A stretch of 64,000 nucleotides of DNA, from assembly GCF_009834535.1 (NCBI RefSeq), contig NC_045697.1, forward strand, positions 50,532,001 through 50,596,000, given 5' to 3'. This document shows, in pieces, positions 20,901 through 33,294 of the stretch (position 1 is its first letter; each line of letters begins with the position of its first letter). The notes below the pieces were generated by a model. That model worked only from the letters and a program-made list of their open reading frames with translations, made no database searches and was not told where the DNA came from. The position numbers and the translations under genes were made by a program. The DNA is from Camelus ferus (Eukaryota).

Positions 20901-23900
20901 ATGGCAATTAGGATCCTTTATTATCTGGCCCTATATCCTTGTCTTGCATTGTTTCTCAGTCTTTGCATGTTTTCCTAACTTGATTATTCACTGTTACTAC
21001 ACATGCTAAAAACTGCTCCAGGTGGATTCACAGCAACAGCTTCTTGAGAAAGACAGCCATAGGCACTGTTCCTTGGAACTTACAGTCTAGTTGGGAGATG
21101 TATATTACAAATATAACTTCCTAAGGATTCCTTATGCTAAGGTTTTGAAATGTTCTACAAATGAAATGCTTACTGCACTGTGGCGTGTTGGGAAGACCTC
21201 ACTGAGCATGAGCATATGTGGTATATCTATGCTAAGTCTAGAAACCTGAGGATGAATCAGACTTTTCCAGGTGAAAATGAGAGGTGGGGAGTAGACAGCA
21301 TTCTTGGTGGGGGAACAGTGTTTGTGATGAAGGTGGGCAGAAGCTTCCCTCAGGTGGAAAGTGGCATGAACTCTTGCAAACTCTGCAAGAAGGCCAGTGG
21401 GGCTGACGTGTAGAAGTAAAGGGGAGGAGTTGCAGGAGATGACATGGAATAGTCTGGCTCATGGAGAGCCTAGCAGATAATGCTACAAATTTGCAGTATT
21501 AACCTAAGAGCAATGGTTAAGGTGGAAAAATACATATATTTGGAGGCAGGGTAAGTCAGGTGGGGAAACTGCCTGTACTGTGTACATTTTTCTAATGAGA
21601 TGAGTTTATCATCTGTGGCAGAGAGAAGGGAGAACACAAAAGTAGCCACACAAAGTAAGACATGCTAAGATGGTAATAAATGCTGGTTCTTGTGGGAGCA
21701 CCTCAAAGACAAACAGAAATCAGATGAGGGTCAGAGAAATATTTGTAAAGTGACATAAAAGCATCAAGATCTTATGGCTGTCTAAGGGGGTAAGAAAGAA
21801 GGATAGAAGGCAATGCAAGCATACGGAATAGTAAAGCAAAGGAGGTTTGGACTTGACAATGAAGCGGACTCAATGGAGGAGCTTAAAGAAGTTCACCATG
21901 ACTGAAGCACCTAGCGGAAATGAAGAGTAGAAAGAGATGAGGCGAGGGAGGTGGTCCTGGGCCTCGTGAACCCACAGTGAGGGGTCAGGACGCTTAGGAT
22001 GGGTGATGGCAGCTATGGTTTCTGCGAATAAGCTTTTAAAAAGACTTCTGCGAGTGAACTTGGTTATTTATATATTTAGGAATAACCAGTTTTGCAAGAT
22101 GAGAAATTGGAGAGAAAATGTGTACTACAAGATAATTTTCAGAAGAAAATTATAATAAAGGAGAAATTCATGTTGCAGTTTCAAAAAGTTTCAGGGTTTT
22201 GAATGCTATTAAATTTTTTTATTCAAGAAATCGGTTTTCAGCCTGGAATCTAAATCTAATCTGCTGGGCTTCCTTTTCTCTGCTAGGTAGGGAGCTACTT
22301 TTTATCATGTTACTGAATTCAGATTTCTAAAGAGAAGAAATAAGACAGGTTTGGCTTGACATTATTTTCATCATTTCTTACTTGAGGTTAACCATCTTTC
22401 TGTGTCAGGAAAGGAACAATAGGGTATGGAGCAGAGGTTTAAAATCTGAGGTTATGGCAGGGATGCTGAAAGAAAGTATGTATTCAGTTTATGTGTGTGC
22501 CTCAAAAAAGTCCAGTGTGACACATGGTCACAAGGTGTGGAAATATTACTAATTAAGGATACTTATAGCAACATAAGGGGAATTAAAATGCCTTTTAACA
22601 ATTAATGTAAGAATAAAATAAGAAGTATGTGATCATTAACTTTTTGGCACCAGCAACCCATGCTTCATGACAGGGTGTCTCTGGTTTGTGTGTTGTGTGT
22701 CATTATTTCCTCTAGAAACTCTATGTTCCCAGATTCCCAGGGCCTGGGCTTAAAAATCCAATTTCATCTAAGATACTTTTGTTAGGAAGACTCACTAATT
22801 CTTAGGCAGATAGTGAATTTCTGCTTCAGTACATTATACACTATTCCAAAATTCCCAAATAATGGAATTTTCATATGTAACTAAAAATAATTAATGTTGC
22901 TACTACCATTTGGAAATTGTATCTTCTGGCAAAGTCAAAGAATATATTTGTGCCTTGTAAGTCTATTTTGGGGTGGAAGAAGAGGAATTGATATCTCAGG
23001 TCCCTATGGTATTGTTTTATTTCCCTTTGTATTTTGTTCAATTCTCTGTCTCTTTCAAGGAAGTACTCTAAGCCCATGTCAGATTTCCAACAATGCTACA
23101 ACTCATTTTTAAAACCAACTCCCTTCTCCCAAAGGAAAAGGGATGATTCCTTATCTGTGGCAATGCAGCAGAAGGAAAATTCCTTGTCCCACTCATAGGA
23201 ATTTCAGCCTCCTAGAATCCACGTGTAATTGTCTAAATTAAATGCCTGGAGATTTTCCCATGCTTCTAAATGCAGTCCATTTAGGCATGACCTCTCTCAA
23301 ACATGTCCACTGTAATGAAGGAGAGACAAGCTTCAGGAAAATGAAGTACATGAATAACAACCAGAAAAACCTGACTGGCATAAGACTGGAGAAAAGTATG
23401 ACTCAGGAAGCAATATGGAAAACACTCCACATTCTTATGTGGTTGATATAAAAAATGACACTTAAGAGCATGATGAGTGAGAGAGAGTAAAGGGCTCCTT
23501 GCAACTGAATGGCTCACCACTGAATTCTTGCAAGGCAACAAGGAGTCAGGTGGCCCAGAGGCAATTTACTATGCTTTCTCTTGCATTTACCTAGTTGCCT
23601 GATTCCTGGGGTTTCTACAAGTTTTCTGCACATATTAAGGCATTCATTATCATGGCTTCTAGTCGGGTATTAATGGAACAGACAGGATTGATGCCTTACT
23701 GGGGACAAGAGTATGAGATTGTGATCACATTTGTATACGAATTGTGTTGGCTTCATTAGGCTGGTGAGTTGTACTTACAAAGACTTCCTTTACCTATTTA
23801 CTATACTCTCTGTATGAATAAGGTGGCTGAGCCTTTTTTCTTTTGCTTTAGTGACTGTTATCCTTATGTTAAATCAAATCTGTATCTCCCCCTATCTGTC

Positions 23901-24912
23901 TCATAGATGTGAATATCTAAAAATACCGCTCGTACCACTTAGATGACTTTCAGTGAATCCAAATAGTCAATCAGTCACCTGCTGAAATTTTGAAATTGTT
24001 TTCTACAAACTCTGTCTGTGGCCCACGAGAGGAACCTCCTTTCTGACCTTGAATGGTGTTAGCCATCTTTGCCAATTTCCATTTTGGTAGGTAGGAGTGG
24101 GGATCACTGTCATGGTATTTCTAATACTCTATCAACATGACTAAAACTATCTTCCTTTCATGACTTCCTTCACAAAAATGTATTATTTACTCTTGTTGTT
24201 CTCCCCAGTCCTTTTTCCTCAAGCCACTGGGACATTCCTATGATAGAGTGGCCAATCTGTAAACTAGATAGGCTGTTTTGGAGTATCCTCAAAATGTCTT
24301 GGCAGGACCTTGATCTCAGTGATCTGCCATAATCAACCCAAGACACTAGAAGATGATACTGTCCTCCCATAGATAGCTTTATTTTTAAAAGCTGAGAAAC
24401 AACTACAACAAATCTCATCATTAAGTATAAAAGAAGAAGAAAGACTTACAGAGGCATCAGGCACTTCTTTTGTTCCAGCAGACAGCTTTTTTGTGCTTCA
24501 GCTTTAACTATTCTCTATAAAGGTAGATCATTCAGTGTCGAAAACATCCTACTTTTTTAAAAAGAATGTCTCTAAAGACTGACCTGATTTCAAAGACCTA
24601 GACTTTACAGTAAGCATCTTGACCATGTGGTAAGCAACAAGGTGGCAGTTGGGTCACTGGTAGGAATATCATAGTGACCATCAGTGGTTCTACCTGTTTT
24701 CTGAAATGACATGTGTGGCACTATGACCACAGTATTAGTAATAGCTTGTCTAACAGAGGCATTTGCCAATTTCCATCAGCTTTTTTCAAAGTGGCTGTAA
24801 CCTCTGGGTTTCAGTGTTAGGTCTTCTTTTATACCAAAGCTGGACTTTTGAGCTACCTTGTAATCATCTAACACAAAACATTGATATTTTGAGCCAGACT
24901 GATCAACTATAT

Positions 24913-25287
24913 TATTATAAACTGAATGTTTGTGTTTCCCCAAAACTCATATGTTGAAATCCTACACTCCAGTGTGATGGTATTAGGAGGCGAGGCCTTT
25001 GGGAGGTGATTAGGTCATAAGGGTTCCACCCTCGTGAATGGGATTACTACTCTTAAAAAAAAAAAAAAAAAGACCCCAGAGAGCTCTCTTGCTCTTTGTG
25101 CCAAGTAAAGATACAATGATAAATTAGCTGTCTGCAACTCAGAAGGGGGTTCTCACCAGAATCTGACTGTGATGGCACCCTGATCTTGGACTTCCAGTGT
25201 CCAGGACTGTAAGAAATAAATGTTTTTTTTTTATACCACCCAGTCTATAGCTATAATTTGTTATAGCAACCCAAACTGACTAAGACA
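24913..25287 (+). mobile_element. MaLR solo LTR (MLT1A-like)
   Basis: Start actgaatgtttgtgtttccccaaaactcatatgttgaaatcc; end ggacttccag...aagaaataaatg...ttgttatagcaacccaaactgactaagaca. Confidence 0.9.
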
Positions 25288-26229
25288 CATATCATCAAAT
25301 TAAATGATTAACACTGAAAACTGACTTGGTAGAGAGTCAGTTTAATTGGGTTCCTTACAATATCACAGATTAATAGTTCTCTCAAAATGGTATCATTCCA
25401 AAATAGTCTTATTTCCTTAGAAACTGGTAACATGTGCTTACTTTCCCATCTTGTAGAACACCCATTTGGGAGTAAGCAGTGCAAAACCACTTCCGGAAGA
25501 GGCCTGCTTTGACATATAATCTGGAGACTGTAAGTTCCATGAGGGCAGGGACTTTGTCTATCTGTGCGTGCTATATCCTTAGTACCTGGAAGGTGTGTTG
25601 AGTGAGAAATATGTGCTGATTAAATCAATGTATGACTCAATGGATGTATCATTACTGAATCAGGGTTGTTGTAGATAAATAATGTGTTGGATGCTACCTT
25701 GAGGGAGAGCTTTTGTTCCCATTAAGGCAATTTTAAGGAATTACTCCTGTAATATAAGAGTGACACTAGAGATTTGTAAGTATCGAGGATGATCATACAC
25801 CAATGACCAATGACGTGACTAAGAAGGCTGAGACCTGGTACGGGATGGAGATACAGAAGAAATGTAGGACAAGAAGCTTCCCTTACGGAGGCAGACAATT
25901 TAGTAGGGAACAACTAAATAAAAGTGCAAGGTAGTATAGGATTAAGAGCAAAATGAGTAGGGCAGATTGAGATCTACCACAGGAGTTTGGAGAAGATGAG
26001 GATAAACATGAATGCTTTAAAGTTGATTTGTATGAGTGTTGGGTGAAAACAGGCCTGACCAGAAGAGAGTTGAGGCCAGAAAAGTAATGAGGAGCAGGGT
26101 GGTAACTGAAATGTGAAGTGATATACTTTCAGGTTAGTACCATAGTAGGAACAAAGAGAAAGGCCGAATAATATGCACACACAGACACACACATACACTG
26201 TCTTCTCAGCAAGTCACATACATTAGCTC

Positions 26230-26410
26230 ATGGGAGGTGATTATTTCACTTAATCTTCATAACAACTCTATAAGATAGATACTATTATCTGTTTTTCAAT
26301 GATAAAATCAAGCCTCAGAGAGGTTAAGTGATTTGCCAAGATCATAATTGTTTTAAGCAACAGAGCTAGAATTCAAACTTCAGTCAGCCTAACTCCAATC
26401 ATAATCTTTT
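26230..26410 (-). mobile_element. MIR SINE
   Basis: cttcataacaactctataagatagatactattat...cagagaggttaagtgatttgccaagatcat. Confidence 0.75.
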
Positions 26411-27049
26411 ATGAAGAGTCGTACATTTTATATAATCAGCATGGAGTAAAAGGTAGCTCTCAGGTTTCAAATGCAGAGTACTATGCACAAACAAGACATC
26501 TGGAGGTGACAATAGTAAAAGAAGAGAAAATGTAGATGAGATGCTTTAAAAGCACGCCAGGAGTTTTAGTTTTTTCTAGTAGTTTCTTAGAAGACTGGTA
26601 CCTTCTACGTAATTCTAGACCCTCTTCTCTCCTCAGGTTTTGACTATTGGGTTGGAGTTTTGAAGCATAATTCTGATCAGATGGGAATCCCAAATTATAG
26701 GTTCCCTTTTGCTCTAGGAGAGATTTCTTGTCCAGTGGACAGTCTTTTGAAGAAAGCAAAGTTCCAGCTAATCTGGGGACAAATCACAATTATTTAGAAT
26801 ATCATACATCATTCAACAAACAGTGTTGGACCTATTATTGAGTACATAAGGCCTTTTGTAATTTTTCTTCCTTCCCTTTGATCTCCTGTTTCCTCCACAT
26901 GGAAAGAGCCCCTTTTTCCCTCTGCCCACTCTCTGTCCTGTATACGCACATATAGATGAAATTTATCCTTTCAGATTCATCTCGAAAGGATTCTAGAACA
27001 AGTACCTTCACTCTTGCCTATTTGAAAACTCTTAGAGTCATAAATGATT

Positions 27050-27400
27050 CTCCTCTTTCTTTTATATCTAATCATTTAGCCAGTCACTCTAACTCTCCCT
27101 TTAAATTATATCTACCATCTAACCACCTCTTAATACTTTCACTCATTACCACCCTGGTCCACGCCCCATCTCAGATAATTTCTTATTGCATAATTACAAT
27201 AGGCTCTTACAAGGTACCGTATTTGTACCCTTAGCTCTCTAAGGTCTATTTGCCACTCAAAACCAGGGTGATCCTGTTAAAATGCAAGTTAAATGTCATT
27301 TCTTTGTCCTAGATCCTCCAATGGCTTTCCACTGCACTTAGAGTAAAATTCAAATTCCGTTCCATGGTCTATAAGGCCATTCATGATGTGGCACCCCTGT
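27050..27400 (+). mobile_element. L2 fragment
   Basis: ccagggtgatcctgttaaaatgcaag...cctccaatggctttccactgcacttagagtaaaattcaaa. Confidence 0.75.
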
Positions 27401-27414
27401 TGCTACCTCTAAGT

Positions 27415-28151
27415 ATGCCCAGGGCTGGGCACACACACAAAAACCTTAGTACTTGGACCAGAAGAAGCGTGGGTCTTAGGGACCCTGTGCAGCCCTAGGC
27501 CTGAGAACAGTAGCCAAGGCTTTCTCATAGACTTGTCCCCAGCTCCTTGCAAGTATGACCCAGGCCTTCTTGCTCTGGGCTGTGTTGAAGTACCACTGCC
27601 CTCCTACTGGGGACTCGATCGGCTGTGTCCAGGCCTGGCCCTTGGTCTCAGGAGAGACTCATGGCAGTGGCAACAGCCCCGTCTCCCCAGGCCAGGGGCC
27701 CTGAGTCTGAGTCAGACTCCTACCCTGTGTCCCCAGTCCACCTCTTGGCTGACATGGCCCAATTCAGCCTTGGCTGACCTACCCTCTGTAGCTACCCCAT
27801 TTGTCTGATGTTCCAGATTCACCCCAGCCCAGCCTGGGACACCCTGGGAGCCCTTTCTTGGGAGGCAGGTCATCTGGTACCAGTTCGTGTGCCATGGTGA
27901 GGCCAGCAGGTGCAGCGAGTAGCTTGCGGACCCAACCCTGGCTGGTTCCCCTCCCTGCATACCACTCTGAGGGCCTCCTGCTCTCCTGCTGCATCTCACT
28001 TTGTGAGTTTCTCTTTCTCTCCAGTCAAAATAAATGATAAGTCATATGCCTTTCCTTGTCAGGACACGGTGCAGATGGTGTCTGGGCCAAGGCTGGTCTC
28101 TAGACCTGCTCCCTCTGTTAGTTTTCTGATTCCTAGACGTACTGCTTGACA
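27415..28151 (+). mobile_element. Putative solo LTR (GC-rich, family unresolved)
   Basis: Sharp GC-rich block with tgtgagt...aaaataaa near the 3' end and a terminal tgaca; left boundary uncertain. Confidence 0.45.
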
Positions 28152-28966
28152 TACATTTCAATAAAAGATATGGCCTAGTGAATTTGAATGGCTACTGAAA
28201 ACATCAGTCATGATCAAGAGACTGAAAATAAGGTCAGTAAGGTGGTGATGTGAAAAATGGAAGCCACAAAAAGACGATATAATTTTTGACATTGCGTGCA
28301 GTAGTCAAAAAATGTCTAGTCTCTACCAATGATTGAATAATAAAAATGAATGTAGTTATAACTAAAGATATTTTGATGAGGCTGTACTAACTACAGAAAT
28401 TCTATTGCAAATCTAAATACCTTTCACTTACAGAGAGTTCAGAGTTAATACTGTAAGAACTGAGCCAAGATACACCTTTGCTGACACTAGGCATCCATTA
28501 ACCTCATAGGAAAGAGTTAAAAAGCAGGTCATGTTTTGAAACTGACTGAAAAGCAAGCAGACAATAATGAGATTGTTCCTGAGGTTTTCACAATGGAATG
28601 AATTCAGAGAAGACTGAATGGTATATGGATGCTGGGTGAAGAAATCACTTTCTCTCTGTCTCTCTTTTTTTTCCCCAAGTAAGAGATTGGTCTTCAAGTT
28701 CTTATGTACAGAATGGATCATTATTCAGCCAAGTTTGGTCTCCCATCTAGAGACCACGGATTCCATAGCTTTTTCACTCCCACATAGGAGTGGCCACGTG
28801 TCACATGTTCAGGTCAATAGGGTGCTAGCAGAAATGATATATGCAACTTCCAGTTCAATTTTTTTAAAGGTGAAGTCACCTGACTGTCTCTCTTTCACCT
28901 TCCCATGGAAGAAACCATGTATGAGGAGGTAATTCAACTGTCATCCAATAATGCTCAAGTGGAACA

Positions 28967-29897
28967 TGTTATGGGCTGAATTGTGTCCCCTCAAAATGTG
29001 TATGTTGAAGTCTTAACCTCAGTACCTCAGAATGTCAGTGTATTTGGAGAGAGGATCTTTAAAGAGGTAACTGAGTTAAAATGAAGCCCTTGGGGTGGGC
29101 CCTCATCCAATATGACTGATGTCCTTCCAAGAAGAGGAAGTTTGGGCATCACCCAGGCATGGCGGCACGGAGCTCGGCCACGGCAGTGCCTCTGCTCCAC
29201 GGGACTGGGGCTTCCTCTTCTCTGTGCCCAGCAGATGTTTGCCTTGCAAGCTGAGGGGGCACTCAGAGTGACCCAAATTCTCAAAGAAAAGTTTCCCCGA
29301 GCTACAGCTATCAAAGTCACTGATGTTTCAGGAGGTTATGGGGCAATGTATGAGATTCAGATTGAGTCAAGAATTTAAGGAGAAGAAAACTGCCCGCATC
29401 ACCAGATGGTAAATCAGGCACTAAAAGAAACCAAAGGCATGCATGGGTTGTGGATATTTACCTCCATCCCCAAACACTGACCACACCCTGGCTGCATAGA
29501 TGCTGCTGCTAACACCTTGGGTGAATCTGACTGACACCATTCTTTCCCAGGCATTTGACAGAAATTTTATCTATTTGGTTCATAGATATTTCCATAGTAT
29601 AATTCTAGAACATGTTATCTATTTAGATGCTAATTAAAGGTAAGAGACAACTAAAAAATTTTTTTTCATTACAAAAAAAAAGAAGAGAAAATATGGATAT
29701 AAACCTGTATAGAAGTGAAGATACAGGAAGCAGACGACCATCTATCTATAAGCCAAGAAAAGAGGCATTAGAAGAAATAACCCTGGCAACGCCTTGATCT
29801 CTAACTTGTAGTATCCAGAATTGTATTAAATAAATTTCTTTTATTTAAGACACCAGTCTGTGGTGCTTAGTTACAACACTTCTGTCGAACTAATACA
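28967..29897 (+). mobile_element. MaLR solo LTR (MLT1B-like), split by the BOLA3 retrocopy
   Basis: Start tgttatgggctgaattgtgtcccctcaaaat; resumes after 29696; ends ccagtctgtggtg...aactaataca. Confidence 0.88.
29146..29679 (+). pseudogene. BOLA3: BOLA3 processed pseudogene (retrocopy), antisense within the last MTHFD2L intron
   Basis: Intronless. ATG at 29159 (MAARSSATAVPLL), core EGALRVTQILKEKFPRATAIKVTDVSGGYGAMYEIQIES, then EFKEKK...HQMVNQALKE..MHGLWIFTSIPKH* (TGA 29478-29480), with about 3 frameshifts. ATTAAA at 29633-29638, A-rich tail, 17-bp TSD (29129-29145 and 29680-29696, 14/17 identical). Confidence 0.93.
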
Positions 29898-31627
29898 AAC
29901 AGTAAGGTGGATGAAACCAGTAGCCCGGGATGAAGCAGGGCTGCGTAACTCCCTTGGCGGCCTGCCCAACTCCAGACTTCTATGGGAGCAAGCTAAACTA
30001 CCCTGTTTGAGTTTATGTATTTTGGTGTCTCTTTGTCATAGCAGCTTAACCTATCCTCTTGTATAATACTTAGAGGGGAAAGGGGGAAAATAATTTAAGC
30101 ATTTAACAAGAGAAAGAAGCAAACCATGATACAGTCACTAAACATAACCATGAACTAGAATCTCAGCATGGAACATAAATGACAAAAATGTAAGTGCAGA
30201 AGTCATGTATTCCTCAAAGTATGTAAAATATGCATACACAAACTATCTGGAAGCAACAACAGCAAAAAAAAAATCAGTTCTGTTAGAAGATTAGACATTC
30301 TTTTCCATAAAAAGTGGCTTCTTTGTTTTTATAATTTAAATCAGCTTCATCAACAATATAATGTGCCTTTCGACTTATCTCTATAATTTCTATTTACTAT
30401 TCTATAGGTCTAAGTCAGCAAAGAGCATCATTCTTAGCCCTTAACCCCACCTGTTCTGGTTCTGAGAAAAATGCCTACACGTTGTTCCTCCTTCCTGTCT
30501 CTTTGCTTCTTCTCACCAGTTCTTCCCAGCATTATCTCACTCCCTGCTTTGGTACAGACCAGTGGGAGGAGAGGTGTGGTCAGGGATGGAGGCAGGGAGG
30601 AGAGAAGCGACGGAACATTGAGCAGACAGTTCAGTTCCTTTCATTCTACCTCAGTCCCTGCAGAATTCATCACAAAACGGAAGTGAAGTTATTAAAGCTC
30701 CCCCAAATTACAGACACATCTGTGTATTACCTACAAGGTGTAAATGAGGCCTGAATGTTCACCAATGTGAACAAGCTTAGCTGAAGTAACAGCATGGGAA
30801 GTCAATGATCAGATTGTTCAGTTGACAATATCCACTCAGTGAAGGGCTGTTCTGAAGGCATTGTGAGTATGAGCTTCTGAGTCCTGGCCCACAGACCGCT
30901 TTCTAGTTTGTTATTTATAACTTCCATCACATCATCTCTTGTTTCTATTTCATGAGAATACAGCCTTCTTTGTTGTAAATGTATGAATTTCCTTTCAAAG
31001 TTACCAATAGAAAACAATTAAAAGAAATTCCAGGGGAAAGTGGGTATGTCTCACTGTGGGTTTTTTTTGAAAAACATCTACGTAGAAAATCCAAATTTTT
31101 CAGAAGATTATTTTATGATTATTCATAATGAAAAATGATTTTTAGACATACAAAATGATTTTATCACTGATGTTTTAAAAAACCATTTCTTCTTTTAATG
31201 TCCAATTAGACAGGGGTGCGATGTTCAAGTAGCTGAACGGGCATAGTAAGCATCTGTCAGATGCTGGAAGCAATGACGATCTGTCTTGAGTTCTACAGCA
31301 GAGGATCAATATAAGACAAAATAGCACTATAATTTAGCAATAACCTTAAGGCATTATTAACTCCTCAAAGCACCCAAAAAGGAATTGTGTTGCAGAGAAA
31401 ACCTAGCTTGGATCTACTTTAAGGAAAAGCACCAGTGTGGTTTCCTAGAAAAGATGTTATGCAAAGAATACCTCCAACAATGCACAACCCACATGGGTAG
31501 TAACACTGAGAAATCGTAATCAAACACAACCCAATAAGCATGCAGTAGAAGTGATTATGACGTTGGATATGGATTTGAACTACATGACCGCTGATTTCAC
31601 GAATTTTATTGGATATACAGATAAATA

Positions 31628-32624
31628 CAGGCAGTGCTCACTTTTTATAGTAATGTAAGACCACAAAAATGACTGTGTGAGTTGAAATTGTGCAAAGCAA
31701 TCTTAATAATCAATAGGGGAAATTACGTTTGTTCAATGACCTTTAAAAAATTTTGGTCAAAACATTAAAAACTCTCTTACTATTGTTTATAAATGTATAA
31801 GAATTGAAAGTAATAGTAAAAGTAGTATTTATTTATTATGCCATAATTTAAAACATAAGACACCTTGAGAATTAAAGTGCTTTATTTATTTGTAAAAATC
31901 TTATGCAGAGTAGTCTGACTGGTGCCTGTCTTCCTCTGATCATACTCCTTATGGTATGGGGCTAGCATCTTTTTTGTGATTGATGAATTGTAAGATTCCT
32001 TCCAAATTTAGTTCTGCTTCCAACATTCTGTCTGTCCTTTCAATGTCATGACAGATCTCTGAGAGTCCCTTTAATGTAGAGTTTTCTGCCAGCGTCCCTT
32101 CCTCTGGGGCATCATCATCCTTTCAGTCACAACCACTCTCCTCATTTATGTCAACTAGTTCACCTTCACTAAGCTTGTCTAGCAGTGTAGCTGGAGTCTC
32201 TCAAATGCCAAATGGTGGCATTGTCAATATTCCAAATTTTACTTTCAGCATTAGCACTTTTCATTTCTTTGCTGGCAATTCCCTCTTTCCGTGATCTAAT
32301 TTTGTAAAATGTCATGTGGTTTATCACCAAGAGACAAGGAGTCAGTGTTGTCTGAACAGAATAATGGATGTGCCATGACCAATCACCAAGAGGTTTTGAA
32401 AGAAGTGATATGTGATCGGTCACAGACCATGATGCACATTTGCTACTGACATAATGATTTATGCACTGAAGAGCGAGCAGAGAAGCTTGCACTTTATGTG
32501 ATGACAGTTAATACACCATGCTAACTGACATCTGAATCCCTTTACTGGGAGACTGGTGCTATCTAGCTACACCGTGGTAACAGATTTGTGTATATCAGAA
32601 CCATGTGAAGGGAGGACTGTTGTG
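31628..32624. mobile_element. Tc1/mariner Tigger-family non-autonomous DNA transposon
   Basis: TA flanks; degenerate TIRs caggcagtgctcactt ... aagggaggactgttgtg; subterminal tgtgcaaagcaatcttaataatcaat. Confidence 0.7.
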
Positions 32625-33242
32625 TACCAACACTGTTGTTCAGGCACTTTAAAAACTGCTATTATACATATCTGGGAGTGAGGGGAGAGGGAATAAAGAA
32701 ATAACCTCATGTTCTAAAAGGGAACTATTAACCAAGTGACGTATAGGATAGTAGAGATAATAGAGGGTAGAGATTACAGGTGCCTATGAACCCACGGCGC
32801 CCCATACTGTGTCATTTCAGGCAAGATGCCCAGGCTCTGGTGCCTCTGTAAAATAGAGGATAATAACATTACCTACCTTTTAGGGTTATCATCAGAACTC
32901 AAAGTTAAAGAATATCTACTTACAGGGTTATCTTATATAAAAGGCTGAAAACAATACTAGCGCCCCGTAACACTTTATAAACACTAACTGTGAGAGCAGG
33001 AAATAAGAGCAGGAAACCCTAGCAGGTGAAGGAAGATGTGGTCGAGAGGAAATTATATCTAAACCAAAACAAAACACTGACGTTAAAGTCAAAGGGAAAT
33101 ATTTAGGATGTGTTTACGTCTCTTTTTTTGTCAAGAACAATAGTAAGTGGTGATGCAACCATCATGCTGTATTTGATGTAAAATATCGCTCTTTTTAGAG
33201 AGAAGCCTGATTCAAAATTGAAGCCAAAACTTCTAAGAATGA

Positions 33243-33294
33243 AGATTACAAATGGGCATCTATATTTTCTTAGATTACAAATGGGCATCTATAT
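33243..33294. repeat. Perfect 23-bp direct repeat with a 6-bp spacer
   Basis: agattacaaatgggcatctatat at 33243-33265 and 33272-33294. Confidence 0.95.

Larger units (their letters stand above)
28700..30068 (+). mobile_element. Old MaLR LTR (MLT1J/K-like), split by a younger MLT1 at 28967-29897
   Basis: Left part ggccacgtg...caatagggtgctagcagaaatgatatatgcaacttcc; right part ctccagacttctatgggag...tttgtcatagcagcttaacctatcct. Confidence 0.6.

Noticed and set aside
4889..33294. Direct repeats at 4889-5014, 16956/18276 and 33243-33294 as a CRISPR-like array
   Set aside because: Only two copies each, unrelated to each other, no repeat-spacer periodicity, and a mammalian context.
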